Below are positions 12,567 through 25,060 of a stretch of 64,000 nucleotides of DNA, piece by piece (within the stretch, counting starts at the first letter, position 1; the number at the start of each line of letters is the position of its first letter). The notes under the pieces were generated by a model. That model searched no databases. It had not been told where the DNA came from and saw only the letters and a program-made list of their open reading frames with translations. The stretch covers positions 201,376,001-201,440,000 of the forward strand of contig OZ024742.1 of assembly GCA_964016885.1 (NCBI GenBank), given 5' to 3'. The stretch is from Eledone cirrhosa (Eukaryota). The translations under genes and the position numbers were made by a program.

Positions 12567-12794
12567 CCTTGTCTGGCTTTCTGGAGAATAGAGGAAAGGT
12601 GTTTCCTCAAAAACCAGTATGACTCTAAAAACCGGTTTGTCTGTGTGTTTACATACAGAATAGCTGGATACTCACAGTAAAGTAACCAGTGAAAGACTTG
12701 GTACATCTACATATGTATACGTGTGTGTATTCATATGCATACTAGTATTTCAGTATACATATGTAGATGTACATTTTTAACTTAATTATATATT

Positions 12795-12840
<46 letters not shown>

Positions 12841-12841
12841 C

Positions 12842-12873
<32 letters not shown>

Positions 12874-13079
12874 GTATGTATGTATGTTTGTATGTATGTA
12901 TGTATGTATGTATGTATGTATGTATGTATGTATGTATGTATGTATATGTACAGTTTTTTAAGTGTGTATATATATTTCTATATCTTCTATTTGTTTATAC
13001 GTGGGAATGTATGTACGTATTTATTTTATTTTATTTACGCATGCCTATCTGCTTCTTCTTGTGACGCTAAACTCCGCCA

Positions 13080-14200
13080 GTTGCAGACTGCGCTCAAACA
13101 TGTGATATCTCTCTTCACAAAGTTCGATCAACAACAATAGAGTTTAAAGGGCAAAGACCAAGTCCAGTCCATAAGTTGACATTATGAAGCCATCGTCTTG
13201 GCTGCCGGCCTTTGCTTCTCTTACCAGCCAACCTTCCTTCCAGGCATAACCTATTTACAATACGAATTGATCTTTTTATATGGCCTTATATTTTGAGTAT
13301 TCTTGACTTGACAATTGGTCTAAATTTGTTAATGTCGTGCAGCTCACTGATACAGATACGGTCCTTGAGCCGCTTGCCAGTCATAAGTCTCATGATGTGT
13401 TTCTGGAATGTAGAGACGTTCTGGAGTTACCTTGTACATTTAACAGTCAAGACCATGTAACACAACTGGTAGGATGTAAGTATCAAATATCTTAGCCTTA
13501 AAATGATAGGCAACTCGTTTTGATGTCAGTACTTCCTTGTTCTTGTTGAAAGCTACCCAACCTAGAGCGATGTGATATTGCGCTGCAACAATTACATTGT
13601 AATTTGATGAAACTTTGTGACCGAGATATACAAACTCCGTAACTCGAGCAATTTGCTGGTTGTAGATTGTGTGTTGGAGATTGGCATTGTTTTTATCAGT
13701 TGTCATAACTTTATTTTGGAGATGTTGATGTGTAAGCCAGCCTGCAGCGAGTGTTTGGCCAGTACATTCAGAAAGTCTTGCAGATCAGTCCTAGAGTAAT
13801 TCATGATGGCCAGATCGTTTGCGTAGCTAAGATTTGATAGGCTTTTACCTGCTATGTGATAGCCAGAGGAGCATTCTTCTTCAGTTTGGTAGTGCAGCTA
13901 TAACTATGGTAAGTGCAGCTATAACTATACCTAAAAGAAATGCTATTAGTATATCCCCCTGCTTAACTCCCTTCACAATGTCTATACAACGTGTAGCTCC
14001 CAAATCTGTTTTGATATATGCTGTTGAGTTGGTGCAAGTTTCTTTCAGTAGGTTGTTGTATTATTTGTTAATTGAGGTCTTGTTTAAGAGTTGCCACAAG
14101 CTGGGTAGTTTCATGTTGTCAAAAGCTTTTGTGAAGTCAATGAAGGTTGTTGAATTCTATTGATTTCTCAATGATTTGTTCAATAGCTAGTATCTGCTCG
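13080..14200 (-). pseudogene. 5'-truncated, decayed RTE-like LINE (RT and 3' end)
   Basis: Minus-strand motifs FIDFTKAFDN, GVKQGDI, YANDLA, EFVYLGH and TYILPVVLHGLDC, with frameshifts and stops. Confidence 0.75.
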
Positions 14201-14512
14201 TGTATATATGTATGAGTGTGTATATGTGTATGTATATTTATGTTATGTATGTGTGTTTATATGTATACATATATGCATATATATGTATACATACATACCT
14301 ACACACATATATATATATATACATGTGTGTGTATGTGTGTGTATGCGTGTATATATGTATATTTTTATCTTTATTCTTATTTTCAATTTTATGTATTTGT
14401 GCATGTATGTATATCTGATTCTGTGTCAACATGTGTTTTTTCCGTTATATTAATTCAGCCTCACTTTCATTTCTAATAGATTTTATTTCAAATCTTATAC
14501 CCATAACATAGA

Positions 14513-14588
14513 TATTTCATCTGATGAACCAACTAAACATTTCTGTTAGAATCGTCAAATTTCGTGAAACCTTCGGTAATGGAATAAT
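14513..14588 (+). ncRNA. Type I hammerhead ribozyme motif
   Basis: Stem I TATTTCAT/ATGGAATA; CTGATGA; stem II closed by AC/GT around a long loop; GAAA-CC(TTC)GG-TA. Confidence 0.7.
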
Positions 14589-14629
14589 TATATTGTGTTG
14601 TTTACGCAAAGAATAAGTAAATAAATAAA

Positions 14630-15028
<399 letters not shown>

Positions 15029-15376
15029 GGTGTGTGTGTGTGTACATACTCTTTTACCTGCTCCAGCCATCCGACTGTGTCCATGTTGCTGCACGGCCCT
15101 TGTTGCTCCAGCCTGTGTTGGTTGGCGCTTTGTGTAAGAGAGAGTACACATATATATATATATATCGTTTCTGAATTTGTTTAGCAAGATTCTTTATCTG
15201 AAATCGTGTGTTGAAACCGATATTGTTGTACTTTGGGAGGGTCATGTTGCCAATAAGAAACATACGCACCAGTTGCTTTCACTTCAATTTATTATAATAA
15301 ATTTATAATAAATTTATAACTTTATAAATTCCTGGTTGGTTGGTTGGTTCCACAACCAGATAGTTGTTTATATATT

Positions 15377-15419
15377 GTCATAGTTCTTTCGTCACACACT
15401 CTGTGACCTCTTCAGTGAC
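15377..15419 (-). ncRNA. Minimal type I hammerhead in the inverted pLTR of PLE B
   Basis: Reverse complement of 17275-17317. Confidence 0.75.
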
Positions 15420-17274
15420 TGGGGACTCCTTTCTTTGTTTTTGTGCCTCTCCTTTGTTCTGTCCTACGCCATTTTGTTTCTGTGTGTGTGTTGTGTGCTC
15501 AGTCTGCGCATGAGCCACATCCGGGTGTCTGTGTGTGTTTATGTTCATTTATTTATTTGTTTATTTATATGTTACTGGTTGGTTGTTTGTTCTATGTGTG
15601 TGTGTGTTTTCATTTTGTCCTTAATTGTAAGTTGTGATGTTGCTGTTCCACTCATATTTTCTATTTAATTTTAGTTGTAATTCTTTTATGTCTATTGCCT
15701 CTGTGATTTGTCTAAACATTGCGTCTTTTCTGTGTGTAGATTCTATTTTTATTTCTATGTTCTCTAATTTACCCTTGTGTTCTATTTTAGCATGTTGGTA
15801 GAGTACAGATGATTCTTTACTGTCTTGAAGGTCTCGCCAGTGTTCATTTATCCGTTCCCCTACACTACGAGCTGTCTCACCTATGTACACTATATTTTTG
15901 TCTCTACATTGTCCTTCAGTACATCTTATGCTATACACTACATTTCTAGTTTTACAGTTCATATGGGGGCTTATTTTACAGATTATACATTTCTTATCTA
16001 TACATGAGGGTCTTTGAAAAGGGTGAAACACAATGGAAAGCATCCAGCAAATAGCTAACTCCATCCACCAGAGCATTAGAGTTACTATAGACTACCCACG
16101 TAAACACCCCAACATCGATTACCTGTACTAGACACAGAGCTCTGGTTAGATACCATTAATAACAAAAAACAAATCCTCCATTCCCATTATGCCAAACCCA
16201 TGACTTCCAAACATCTGATCCACCGAAGCTCGGCCGTTTCGGACCATACCAAAATCAACATACTGATTGCGGATTTGGTACAAGTGATGAGAAACGTGTC
16301 CCGCATGTGCAACCCCGAAGAACTAGAGAGACACATACAACACTTCATCCACCGTATGCAGTTCTCTGGCTACAATCAGAGTGTATAGAGGAGCCAGAAC
16401 CAAATGGGAAAAAATGGTAAATAATGACATAAATGGGACCTGCCCCTTGTATAGGAGCAAATTTTGGAATAGAATAGAAAGAACTAGGAATAAGGTTAAT
16501 AAAATAAACTCATGGTATGATAGCAATAAATACCAGAGTGTAATGTTCATCGATACAACCCCTAGAGGTGAATTAGCTTACAAATTTAGAAGGGCCCTAG
16601 ATGAACATAAACTCAATATTAAGATAGTAGAAAAACCAGGTACCTCCGTAAAACACTTATTAGCAAGACATACCCTTTTCAAAGACCCTCATGTATAGAT
16701 AAGAAATGTATAACCTGTAAAATAAGCCCCCATATTAACTGTAAAACTAGAAATGTAGTGTATAGCATAAGATGTACTGAAGGACAATGTAGAGACAAAA
16801 ATAGTGTACATAGGTGAAACAGCTCGTAGTGTAGGGGAACGGATAAATGAACACTGGCGAGACCGTCAAGATAGTAAAGAATCATCTGTACTCTACCAAC
16901 ATGCTAAAATAGAACACAAGGGTAAATTAGAGAACATAGAAATAAAAATAGAATCTACACACAGAAAAGACGCAATGTTTAGACAAATCACAGAGGCAAT
17001 AAACATAAAAGAATTACAACCAAAATTAAATAGAAAATATGAGTGGAACAGCAACATCACAACTTACAATTAAGGACAAAATGAAAACACACACACACAT
17101 AGAACAAACAACCAACCGGTAACATGTAAATAAACAAATAAATAAATGAACATAAACACACACAGACACCCGGATGTGGCGCATGCGCAGACTGAGCACA
17201 CAACACACACACAGAAACAAAATGGCGTAGGACAGAACAAAGGAGAGGCACAAAAACAAAGAAAGGAATCCCCA

Positions 17275-17317
17275 GTCACTGAAGAGGTCACAGAGTGTGT
17301 GACGAAAGAACTATGAC
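17275..17317 (+). ncRNA. Minimal type I hammerhead in the pLTR of PLE B
   Basis: GTCA-CTGAAGA-G-GTCAC(AGAGTGT)GTGAC-GAAA-GAAC-TA-TGAC. There is one extra nucleotide before stem II. Confidence 0.75.
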
Positions 17318-17464
17318 AATATATAAACAACTATCTGGTTGTGGAACCAACCAACCAACCAAAAATTTATAAAGTTATAAATTTATTATAAATTTATTAT
17401 AATAAATTGAAGTGAAAGCAACTGGTGCGTGTGTTTCTTATTGGCAACATGACCCTCCCAAAGT

Positions 17465-17590
<126 letters not shown>

Positions 17591-18284
17591 GAGTGCATGT
17601 ATATGCTTGCATGTACATGTGTGTATATATATTTATATATATATATATACATAACATGTTTTTAACTTGAACAAAATCCCTAAGTATCTAATTGACATTG
17701 GATATATATATATATTTATATGTGTGTGTGTATATATATGTATATATACATATGTAATTATGGATTGAGAGGAGGGGCTGCGTGGTTACTGTTAACGATG
17801 GTTAGAAGGTAAGGTGACACAAACAAGAAATGGACAGTCTCTCTTCGTCAGTGGTTTACTACGGGTCACGTATGTTTCATCGCATTTTAAGCTGTACATC
17901 TATCGGTTGCGCGCCCATAATCTTTTATCTATCAAAAGGTCATAAGGGAGAGGAAGAAAAGAAGAAAGAGAGAAGAAAAAAAAGGAAAAAAAGAAGTAAA
18001 CCTTCCGATAGAAGGGGGAACACGGGACAATGATATATGTGAGTAACCGAGAAGAATTGAGATCAAGTTTTAAAAAAAAGCCGTTGGGTCTCCATAATAA
18101 CGGTGCTAGGTAATCCACGTCTGTTCTTAGTGAAAGCGAGCTAGAGAGAGAGAGAGAAAGACGAAAGAACTGGAAGCGCGATGTAGTAGAAGGCAGAGGG
18201 GGTGAGTTAGAGTAATTACATTAATTCAACAGTTAAACACACATAGGTATAATAAGGTTGTTACCAAAGAGCCAGAAGATTGAC

Positions 18285-18745
18285 AAGTCGACTCTAAATA
18301 TGACTAATAGCTCTAGGAATGCGACGAACGACAACACACCTTTCTAACTTTGATTTTGAAAGTAGGTTTATAATTATTAATTTTCATTATACTTTTGTAG
18401 CTGTCTCGGTTGCCTAGTTGGAGGAATCATAGACGGCGGTGACCCTGGACTAAAGTTCGATCTTCGTCGGGAGTAGATTTCCCAGTAAACATTTCCAATG
18501 TTTTTTCTATGGGTTGTAAAATAAAAACTAAAAAAGATTACATGCACCACTTGACCAGGATGGAACCCAAAGCCAGGATCTCCACCGGCTCTAGTACCTT
18601 CGGCTGGTCAACTGAGACTACTACGAGAATCTTATGAAAATTCATACCTATAAACCTACTTTCAAAATTTTCAAAACAAAATGATGTGTTGTTCATTTCT
18701 TTCTTAATATTATTGCTCCTACTTAAGGGCGACTTCTAAATCATT
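18285..18745. repeat. Diverged inverted repeat (MITE-like) with tRNA-like inner segments
   Basis: ATTTTGAAAGTAGGTTTATA (~18353) and its reverse complement (~18649-18668). The arms also share CAACACA and GTCTC(G/A)GTTG. Inner GTTCGATC and GTTCCATCC resemble B boxes. Confidence 0.6.
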
Positions 18746-18943
18746 TGGGTGTTCCATAATCTACATCGTCATTTTGTTTCTCATCTATCTAGACTATATT
18801 TTAACCTCTAATCCATGTTTCATTTATGTCTTTTCAAAGAATCCCCATACTTTAAATCCATCAGCCAATGATCTCCACCCACCCCAATCACCACCTTCCC
18901 CTATCACCAGAAAATGTATAAATACCACCATATTACATTGACA

Positions 18944-19198
<255 letters not shown>

Positions 19199-19400
19199 GT
19201 ATATATATAGAGAGAGAGAGATAATTACAACAGTGACATAAACAGGTACTCAAGTTTCCGTGGGTTTCGGGCCCCAATTTCTTCAGCCCGTTATGAGGAA
19301 AAAATATATATATATAAATAACAGTTTAAGCAAAGAATCGCTGCTTTCACCCTCAACGGGATCTTCTTTGGATTTTAGTCTTCGCATTTATTATTATTAC

Positions 19401-19470
<70 letters not shown>

Positions 19471-19473
<3 letters not shown>

Positions 19474-19630
19474 CGAAGGAAATGTGGTAAGTAACCAAGT
19501 GGACCATAACGCACCAAAGTACTCAATACTTAGTGTAGTAGAGTGGGTAATAGGAACGAGTAGGACCCCGACGGCTGAGCTCAAGCCGTTTCGACCTTGA
19601 GCTCAGCCGTCGGGGTCCTACTCGTTCCTA
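19471..19630 (-). mobile_element. Mini fold-back element in (TA)n, family H copy 1
   Basis: Perfect arms TAGGAACGAGTAGGACCCCGACGGCTGAGCTCAAG around CCGTTTCGAC, plus a ~80-bp unique tail. Confidence 0.8.
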
Positions 19631-21352
19631 TATATATATATATAGTATATATATACTTTTAAATCTTTCGTTTATTGGCAGTATTTTCTTCTACAGAATG
19701 TAACAAAAATATAATATCTGCAGTAGTAGTAATATAAAATACTAAAAATAAAACTACTTGACCCTTGAATGAATACATAGAAAAAATACAACGACGAACT
19801 CGAACAACGAAAAACGCAATTTTTGAAAATCAAAATCAAAGTAAAATACTAAAATGGCTGCAATCGATAAAGGTGATTATGCGAGACGGTGTACTGGTAA
19901 TTCTTCTTAGAATTTCGTAATTAATTTGGTGTCCATTCTCACAAGTCCCATACCGTGTAATAACGATTAGATGAACCGTTAACAAAGACTTGTGTTTTGT
20001 TTCTACAGGATTACATTTATGTAGAACGCTGAATACAACTACCTTTACATTTTATTTTTTTGTGTGAAGAAATGAGACACAATGGAGGAAATAAAGTCAA
20101 GATAAAAATCACACACAAGCACAATCTTGAAATCACACATACAGATATATGCGAATCACTTATAGGTACAAATATTCGGAGAAAATCTCATTTAAAACCA
20201 ACGCGTACACAAAGACAAACGTGCATGCAATGACGCTTAATACACACACAAACATACCCAACGCATATACACACATAGACACTGTAACACAAACGCAAAT
20301 GACACTAAGCGTTCATATACATAGATATGCTCACACAAATAAGCCCAATGGACAAAACGCACGCACGCAAATGCAATTATCGACCACATACACACATACA
20401 CACAAATACACAAGCGAACTTAAGGTACGTACATACACACGCTGATACACGCAAAGACAGAATCTACATTATATTCAACATGAACACAGATACATATTTA
20501 AACTCAACGCACAGACACACAAATATATAAACTCAATGAACACTCACAAACACAGAAGCGTAAAACACACACAAAAACACAATCAACACATACATAGTCA
20601 GACAGACACTCACATACATACACGCAAACATAAACAGAGAAAAACAAAATGGCGAATATGCACAAATTAGCGACTTTTTCTGTATTGTCTCCGCTTTTTG
20701 GTGCATATTTCGTTCTCTAACCATTTAGGCAAAGATAGCAGAAAACAGAATGAAATGTATGAATGAAAAGAATGAATGAATAACTATATTAAAATAAGAG
20801 CAATAAAAAAGACAAATTAAATAATAATTATTATTATTATTACTATTATTATTGCCGCAATCCTTCGATGTTACCGAAGTTAAAACGAAGATTTCTGAAG
20901 GGAGTACATTTCTTAAATTTTTAATTTTTATTTAAATTGCTTTTCTTAAAAAGAAAATAATGATAATGTTAAAAAAAAAAAAAAATTTAGTAATATAAAA
21001 TATCAAATAAAATTTGTTTGTATCATAATTTGAAAATAATTGATATTATACCTGGCTTGGGACTAATCACACGTATATTGACGAGAAAACCGAAGAAACA
21101 GATCCCCAACAACAACAAAAATAAAATAACTGTAAAAGCAACTATAAGGACAGCAAGGGAAGCAATAAATTCAACAGCAAAAACAAACACAGCAACAACA
21201 AAAGCCAAATTAACAACATCAGCAACAAGAACCACATAAAAAAACAGCATAAACAATACTTCGAGAATAATAAAATCAAGAGCAACAACAACAAAACTAA
21301 AATATGCAACTGCTCAGCATTGAAAAAAAAATCATCATTATTATTATTATTT

Positions 21353-21750
21353 AGGGCGGTGAATTGGTAGTATCGGTAGAGGGTTGGACGCCATGCTTGC
21401 TAGCATAGTTACGTCCCTTTACAGTCTGAGTTCAAATCCACCCGAGGTTAACTTTGCCTTTCATCCTTACGGGGTCGATAAAATAAAGTACCAGTAATGT
21501 ACTGGGTAATTGCTGGCCTTGTGCCAAAAGTAGAAACAATTATTATTATTATTTGACAGTATCGGTAGAGGGTCGGACGCCATGCTTTGCAGCATATAAT
21601 TACGGCCCTTGACGGTATAAGTTCAAATCCCGCCGAGGTTAACTTTGCCTTTCATCCTTACAGCTCGATAAAATAAAGCACCAGTAACGTACTGGGGTCG
21701 ATTTAATCGACTTCCCCTCCCCCCAAATTACTGGCCTTGTATCTATTAGA

Positions 21751-21752
<2 letters not shown>
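21353..21752 (+). mobile_element. Two tandem tRNA-derived SINEs (21353-21538 and 21552-21752) with (TTA)n tails
   Basis: Each has GTTCAAATCC and the TTTGCCTTTCATCCTTAC core. Confidence 0.9.
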
Positions 21753-21786
<34 letters not shown>

Positions 21787-21787
<1 letters not shown>

Positions 21788-24700
21788 TGCATTTATCTTG
21801 CTTTATGTTTATACGAGTTATCACCAAGTCACAACCAGTGACCTCAAGAGACAACAAGGTCCGCCATGTTCAAGAAAGAACACACATATTCACACATGCA
21901 TCCTTAGTGTTTAGACTTGTGATGTACTAATATTGACAGGATCTTCCTTAGTATATGGGCAGTTCCCATTAGTACTATCTTTTGTATTTCTCCTATACGC
22001 GGGTTTCCTGGGATTTGCGATAAGTAGTCGTTAGACCCCTTAGGTATCATTCCCAGAGCGCCTACAACCACTGGTATTGTTTTAGTTCTCAATTTCCACA
22101 TTTTTCCAATTTCTATCTCCAGGTCCTTATACTTGCTCAATTTTTCAAATGTTTTTATAGATACATTCTTGTCTATTGGAACAGACATATCAATTAGCAG
22201 GCATACCCTCCTTTGAAAGTCCTTCAATATTATATCAGGTCTATTTGCATCTATTTTTCGGTCTGTTTGGATGCTAAAGTTCCACAAGATTGAGATGTGA
22301 TCTTTTTCAAGTATGGGAGGTGGTTGATGCTCCCACCAATTCTTTTGATGGGGCAGGTCAAAATGCTTACACATTATCCAATGTATGTATTGTGCAGCTC
22401 TGTCATGCCTGTTTAGGTATTCGGTTGGAGCTATAGGACTGCACATTGAAATTATATGGTCAATGGTCTCTGGTTGTTTTTTGCATACACGGCATAATGG
22501 GCTGCACCCATTTTTTATTATGTTGGCTTGGTAATTTTTTGTTGGCAGACACTGATCTTGTGCCGATATAATCAGTCCTTCAGTCTCCGATTTCAGTCCA
22601 GAGGATGCCAACCACTGATGGGTTAAAGTTTTGTCAACATCAGGATTGTTAGCTCGCTCTGGGTATTTTCCATACAGAGGCTTTTCTTGCAATTTCTTAG
22701 CCAGTTTCTGTAGCAGTTCTTTCTTTGCAGTTACTTTTACCTGCTTTGCTTTTTCTGTGTTTTCCATTTCAGCAGTAAATGGGACTTCTGAAATTTGTAG
22801 TCCATTACTGTATCTTTGTGCATCTTTTGTAATGGAATATGATCTTTTGGTGCTTTCGTGTTTCAAAACGAGTTTGATCATCCAATCATGTGATTCCCTT
22901 AGATATGTGGATAATCCAATTGTTGCAGTTTTCAACGCAATGTCTAACTGGATTAACCCACGTCCTCCTTCTTTCCTAGGGAGATATATTCTATCTATGT
23001 CTGCCTTAGGGTGATGCATTCTGTGCATGGTTAAGAATTTTCGGATTTTTGTATCGAGCCTACGGATCTCTGTGCTTGACCAGTTGATTACATTGTAACT
23101 GTAGGTTACTACTGGTATGGCAAGCGTGTTTATGGCATCGATCCTATTCCTTGCATTCAATTCCGTTCTTAAGATTGCTCTGACTCTGCGGTAACATTCC
23201 TTCCTTATCCTTTTCCTCATTGTCGAGTGCTTGATTCCGTCTCCTTCACAAACACCTAGATATTTGTAAGTTTTTTCTTGATCAAGCTCTCTTATCACGT
23301 TCCCCCGATCAAGATTAATGTCTGAACTCTTCAGCAGCTTTCCTCTTGTGAACGTTGCTTTGGTGCATTTATCTAGTCCAAACTCCATTTTAATGTCATC
23401 ACTGAACTGCTCCACAGTGGATAATAGCCCTTGCAATTGTTCATCATTTTTTGCAAATAGTTTCAGGTCATCCATGTAGAACAAGTGATTAATGGTTTTG
23501 TCATAAACTTTATATCCATGTTTTGTTTCATTGAGCATTTTACTTAATGGTATAAGTGCGATGCAGAATAAAAGCGGTGATAAAGAGTCACCCTGAAAAA
23601 TTCCACAATTAATGTTAACTTCTCCAGCTTCCAGTGATTTTGTTTCACTATTCAAAAGGAGTGTTGTTTTCCATGTCTTCATACTGAATGACAAAAACCT
23701 CCTGACAACGGGGGATATTTTGAAAATCTCTAAACATTTTTCAATCCAACTGTGTGGCAAACTATCGAATGCTTTTTTATAATCTATCCAAGCAATCGAT
23801 AGATTTTTGTGTCTATTATGACAATCTTCCAGTATCATTTTGTTAACCAGAAGCTGATCCTTACAGCCATATGAGCCTCGTTTACACCCTTTCTGCTCAA
23901 TGGGAAATAGGTCATTTGTTATCAGGTGGTCATATGTGTATTCAGTTAGGACTGATGTTAAAATTTTATACATTGTGGTCAAGCAAGTTATCGGTCTGTA
24001 ATTTTTGGGATTGTTTGTCTCATCATTCTTCGGAAGCAGGAATGTAATGCCGTTAACTAGCCATGATGGTATCTTTTCTGGCTCCTTAACTATTTCATTG
24101 TAAAGTTGGGCTAACAGCTCATGAGACTCTGTGAAGGCATTTATCCAAACATTTTGTATTTTGTCTTTTCCTGGGGATTTCCATTTGCTGGTTTTTCTTA
24201 GAGCCAAACGCAACTGTTCAACTGTTATATTTTCCCATATTTGTTCCTCAAGGTGAGCTTTATCTTTCATTTGTCTGTCTATCCATGGGGCATGTATATT
24301 ATGAACTTTTTCTTCGGCCCAGATCTTTTCCCAGAATTCTTGCACTTCCTCCTTGGGTGGTATTGATTTAGCAGTTATAGTTGACTTACCAATTTTTCTG
24401 TAGAAGTTTCTTTGGTTGGTTTTGAACATATTATTGTCCTTATAGAATCTAGATCGTTTTTCAAAGCGCCTTATACGAGCAGCTTTGGCCGACACTTTTT
24501 GCTTGATTATTTCTATCAGCATGCCTATGTCACTTGTTGGTTTTATACTGTACTTTCTTTTCAATTTTCTAAGTTTAGTTTGTTTAACATGTTCACCTAC
24601 TTTATAGTTTTTTAAAATTTCTATGTCAGATCGGAGAAGGTTTATTTGGCGATTGATGTTCTCTTGCCAAGTAGATTTCTTGTGGGAATTCCTTTGTTTT

Positions 24701-25010
24701 TTCATCTTCACTCCACATAAGTGAGTGGTGACTTTAGCCGATGCATAATAGAGATGATTTAAATCAGTAATGTTTAGTTTGTTTGTGATGATAATGTTTT
24801 TGATAATTATGTTAGTCTTGTGTATTATCTTTTGGATCTGTTTGGAGTTCTGGATCTTAGGGAGGGTGTCTCGTTCCCCCATGTCAGATTCTTTCATTTT
24901 CATCCATTCGATCATAATTTCATCCTTCAAGTTGGCAAGTTCATTCTAATTCATTTCTTTATCATTTACGATTTCATTGTTTTCATTTGGAGTTTCCGAT
25001 CTCATTGTTT

Positions 25011-25011
<1 letters not shown>
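21787..25011 (-). mobile_element. R4/Dong-type RLE non-LTR retrotransposon F, 5'-truncated
   Basis: Single RT-RLE ORF with a short 3' UTR, flanked by (TAA)n on both sides. Confidence 0.9.
21904..24930 (-). CDS. Uninterrupted 1008-aa RT plus CCHC plus restriction-like endonuclease
   Basis: KSPGKD, YRPITCL, WIDYKKAFDS, GIFQGDSLSP, LFYMDD, YKYLG, CRVC..ETIDHIISMC, RHD, RPDII..IDMSVP, KLSKYKDL. Confidence 0.93.
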   Translation of the reverse strand: MKDEIMIEWMKMKESDMGERDTLPKIQNSKQIQKIIHKTNIIIKNIIITNKLNITDLNHLYYASAKVTTHLCGVKMKKQRNSHKKSTWQENINRQINLLRSDIEILKNYKVGEHVKQTKLRKLKRKYSIKPTSDIGMLIEIIKQKVSAKAARIRRFEKRSRFYKDNNMFKTNQRNFYRKIGKSTITAKSIPPKEEVQEFWEKIWAEEKVHNIHAPWIDRQMKDKAHLEEQIWENITVEQLRLALRKTSKWKSPGKDKIQNVWINAFTESHELLAQLYNEIVKEPEKIPSWLVNGITFLLPKNDETNNPKNYRPITCLTTMYKILTSVLTEYTYDHLITNDLFPIEQKGCKRGSYGCKDQLLVNKMILEDCHNRHKNLSIAWIDYKKAFDSLPHSWIEKCLEIFKISPVVRRFLSFSMKTWKTTLLLNSETKSLEAGEVNINCGIFQGDSLSPLLFCIALIPLSKMLNETKHGYKVYDKTINHLFYMDDLKLFAKNDEQLQGLLSTVEQFSDDIKMEFGLDKCTKATFTRGKLLKSSDINLDRGNVIRELDQEKTYKYLGVCEGDGIKHSTMRKRIRKECYRRVRAILRTELNARNRIDAINTLAIPVVTYSYNVINWSSTEIRRLDTKIRKFLTMHRMHHPKADIDRIYLPRKEGGRGLIQLDIALKTATIGLSTYLRESHDWMIKLVLKHESTKRSYSITKDAQRYSNGLQISEVPFTAEMENTEKAKQVKVTAKKELLQKLAKKLQEKPLYGKYPERANNPDVDKTLTHQWLASSGLKSETEGLIISAQDQCLPTKNYQANIIKNGCSPLCRVCKKQPETIDHIISMCSPIAPTEYLNRHDRAAQYIHWIMCKHFDLPHQKNWWEHQPPPILEKDHISILWNFSIQTDRKIDANRPDIILKDFQRRVCLLIDMSVPIDKNVSIKTFEKLSKYKDLEIEIGKMWKLRTKTIPVVVGALGMIPKGSNDYLSQIPGNPRIGEIQKIVLMGTAHILRKILSILVHHKSKH

Positions 25012-25048
<37 letters not shown>

Positions 25049-25060
25049 GTTATTGTTATT

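Larger units (their letters stand above)
11114..12787. mobile_element. Retrozyme-like array: 466-bp non-coding unit, ~2 copies on minus (11114-12036) plus ~1.6 inverted copies on plus (12037-12787)
   Basis: Landmarks recur at a 466-bp period (11115/11581; 11406/11872; 12056/12522). One hammerhead per unit, no ORF in the track, flanked by (TA)n. Confidence 0.88.

Noticed and set aside
11114-12787. CRISPR array or simple satellite
   Set aside because: There are no unique spacers and the context is eukaryotic. The units carry a ribozyme and an inversion.
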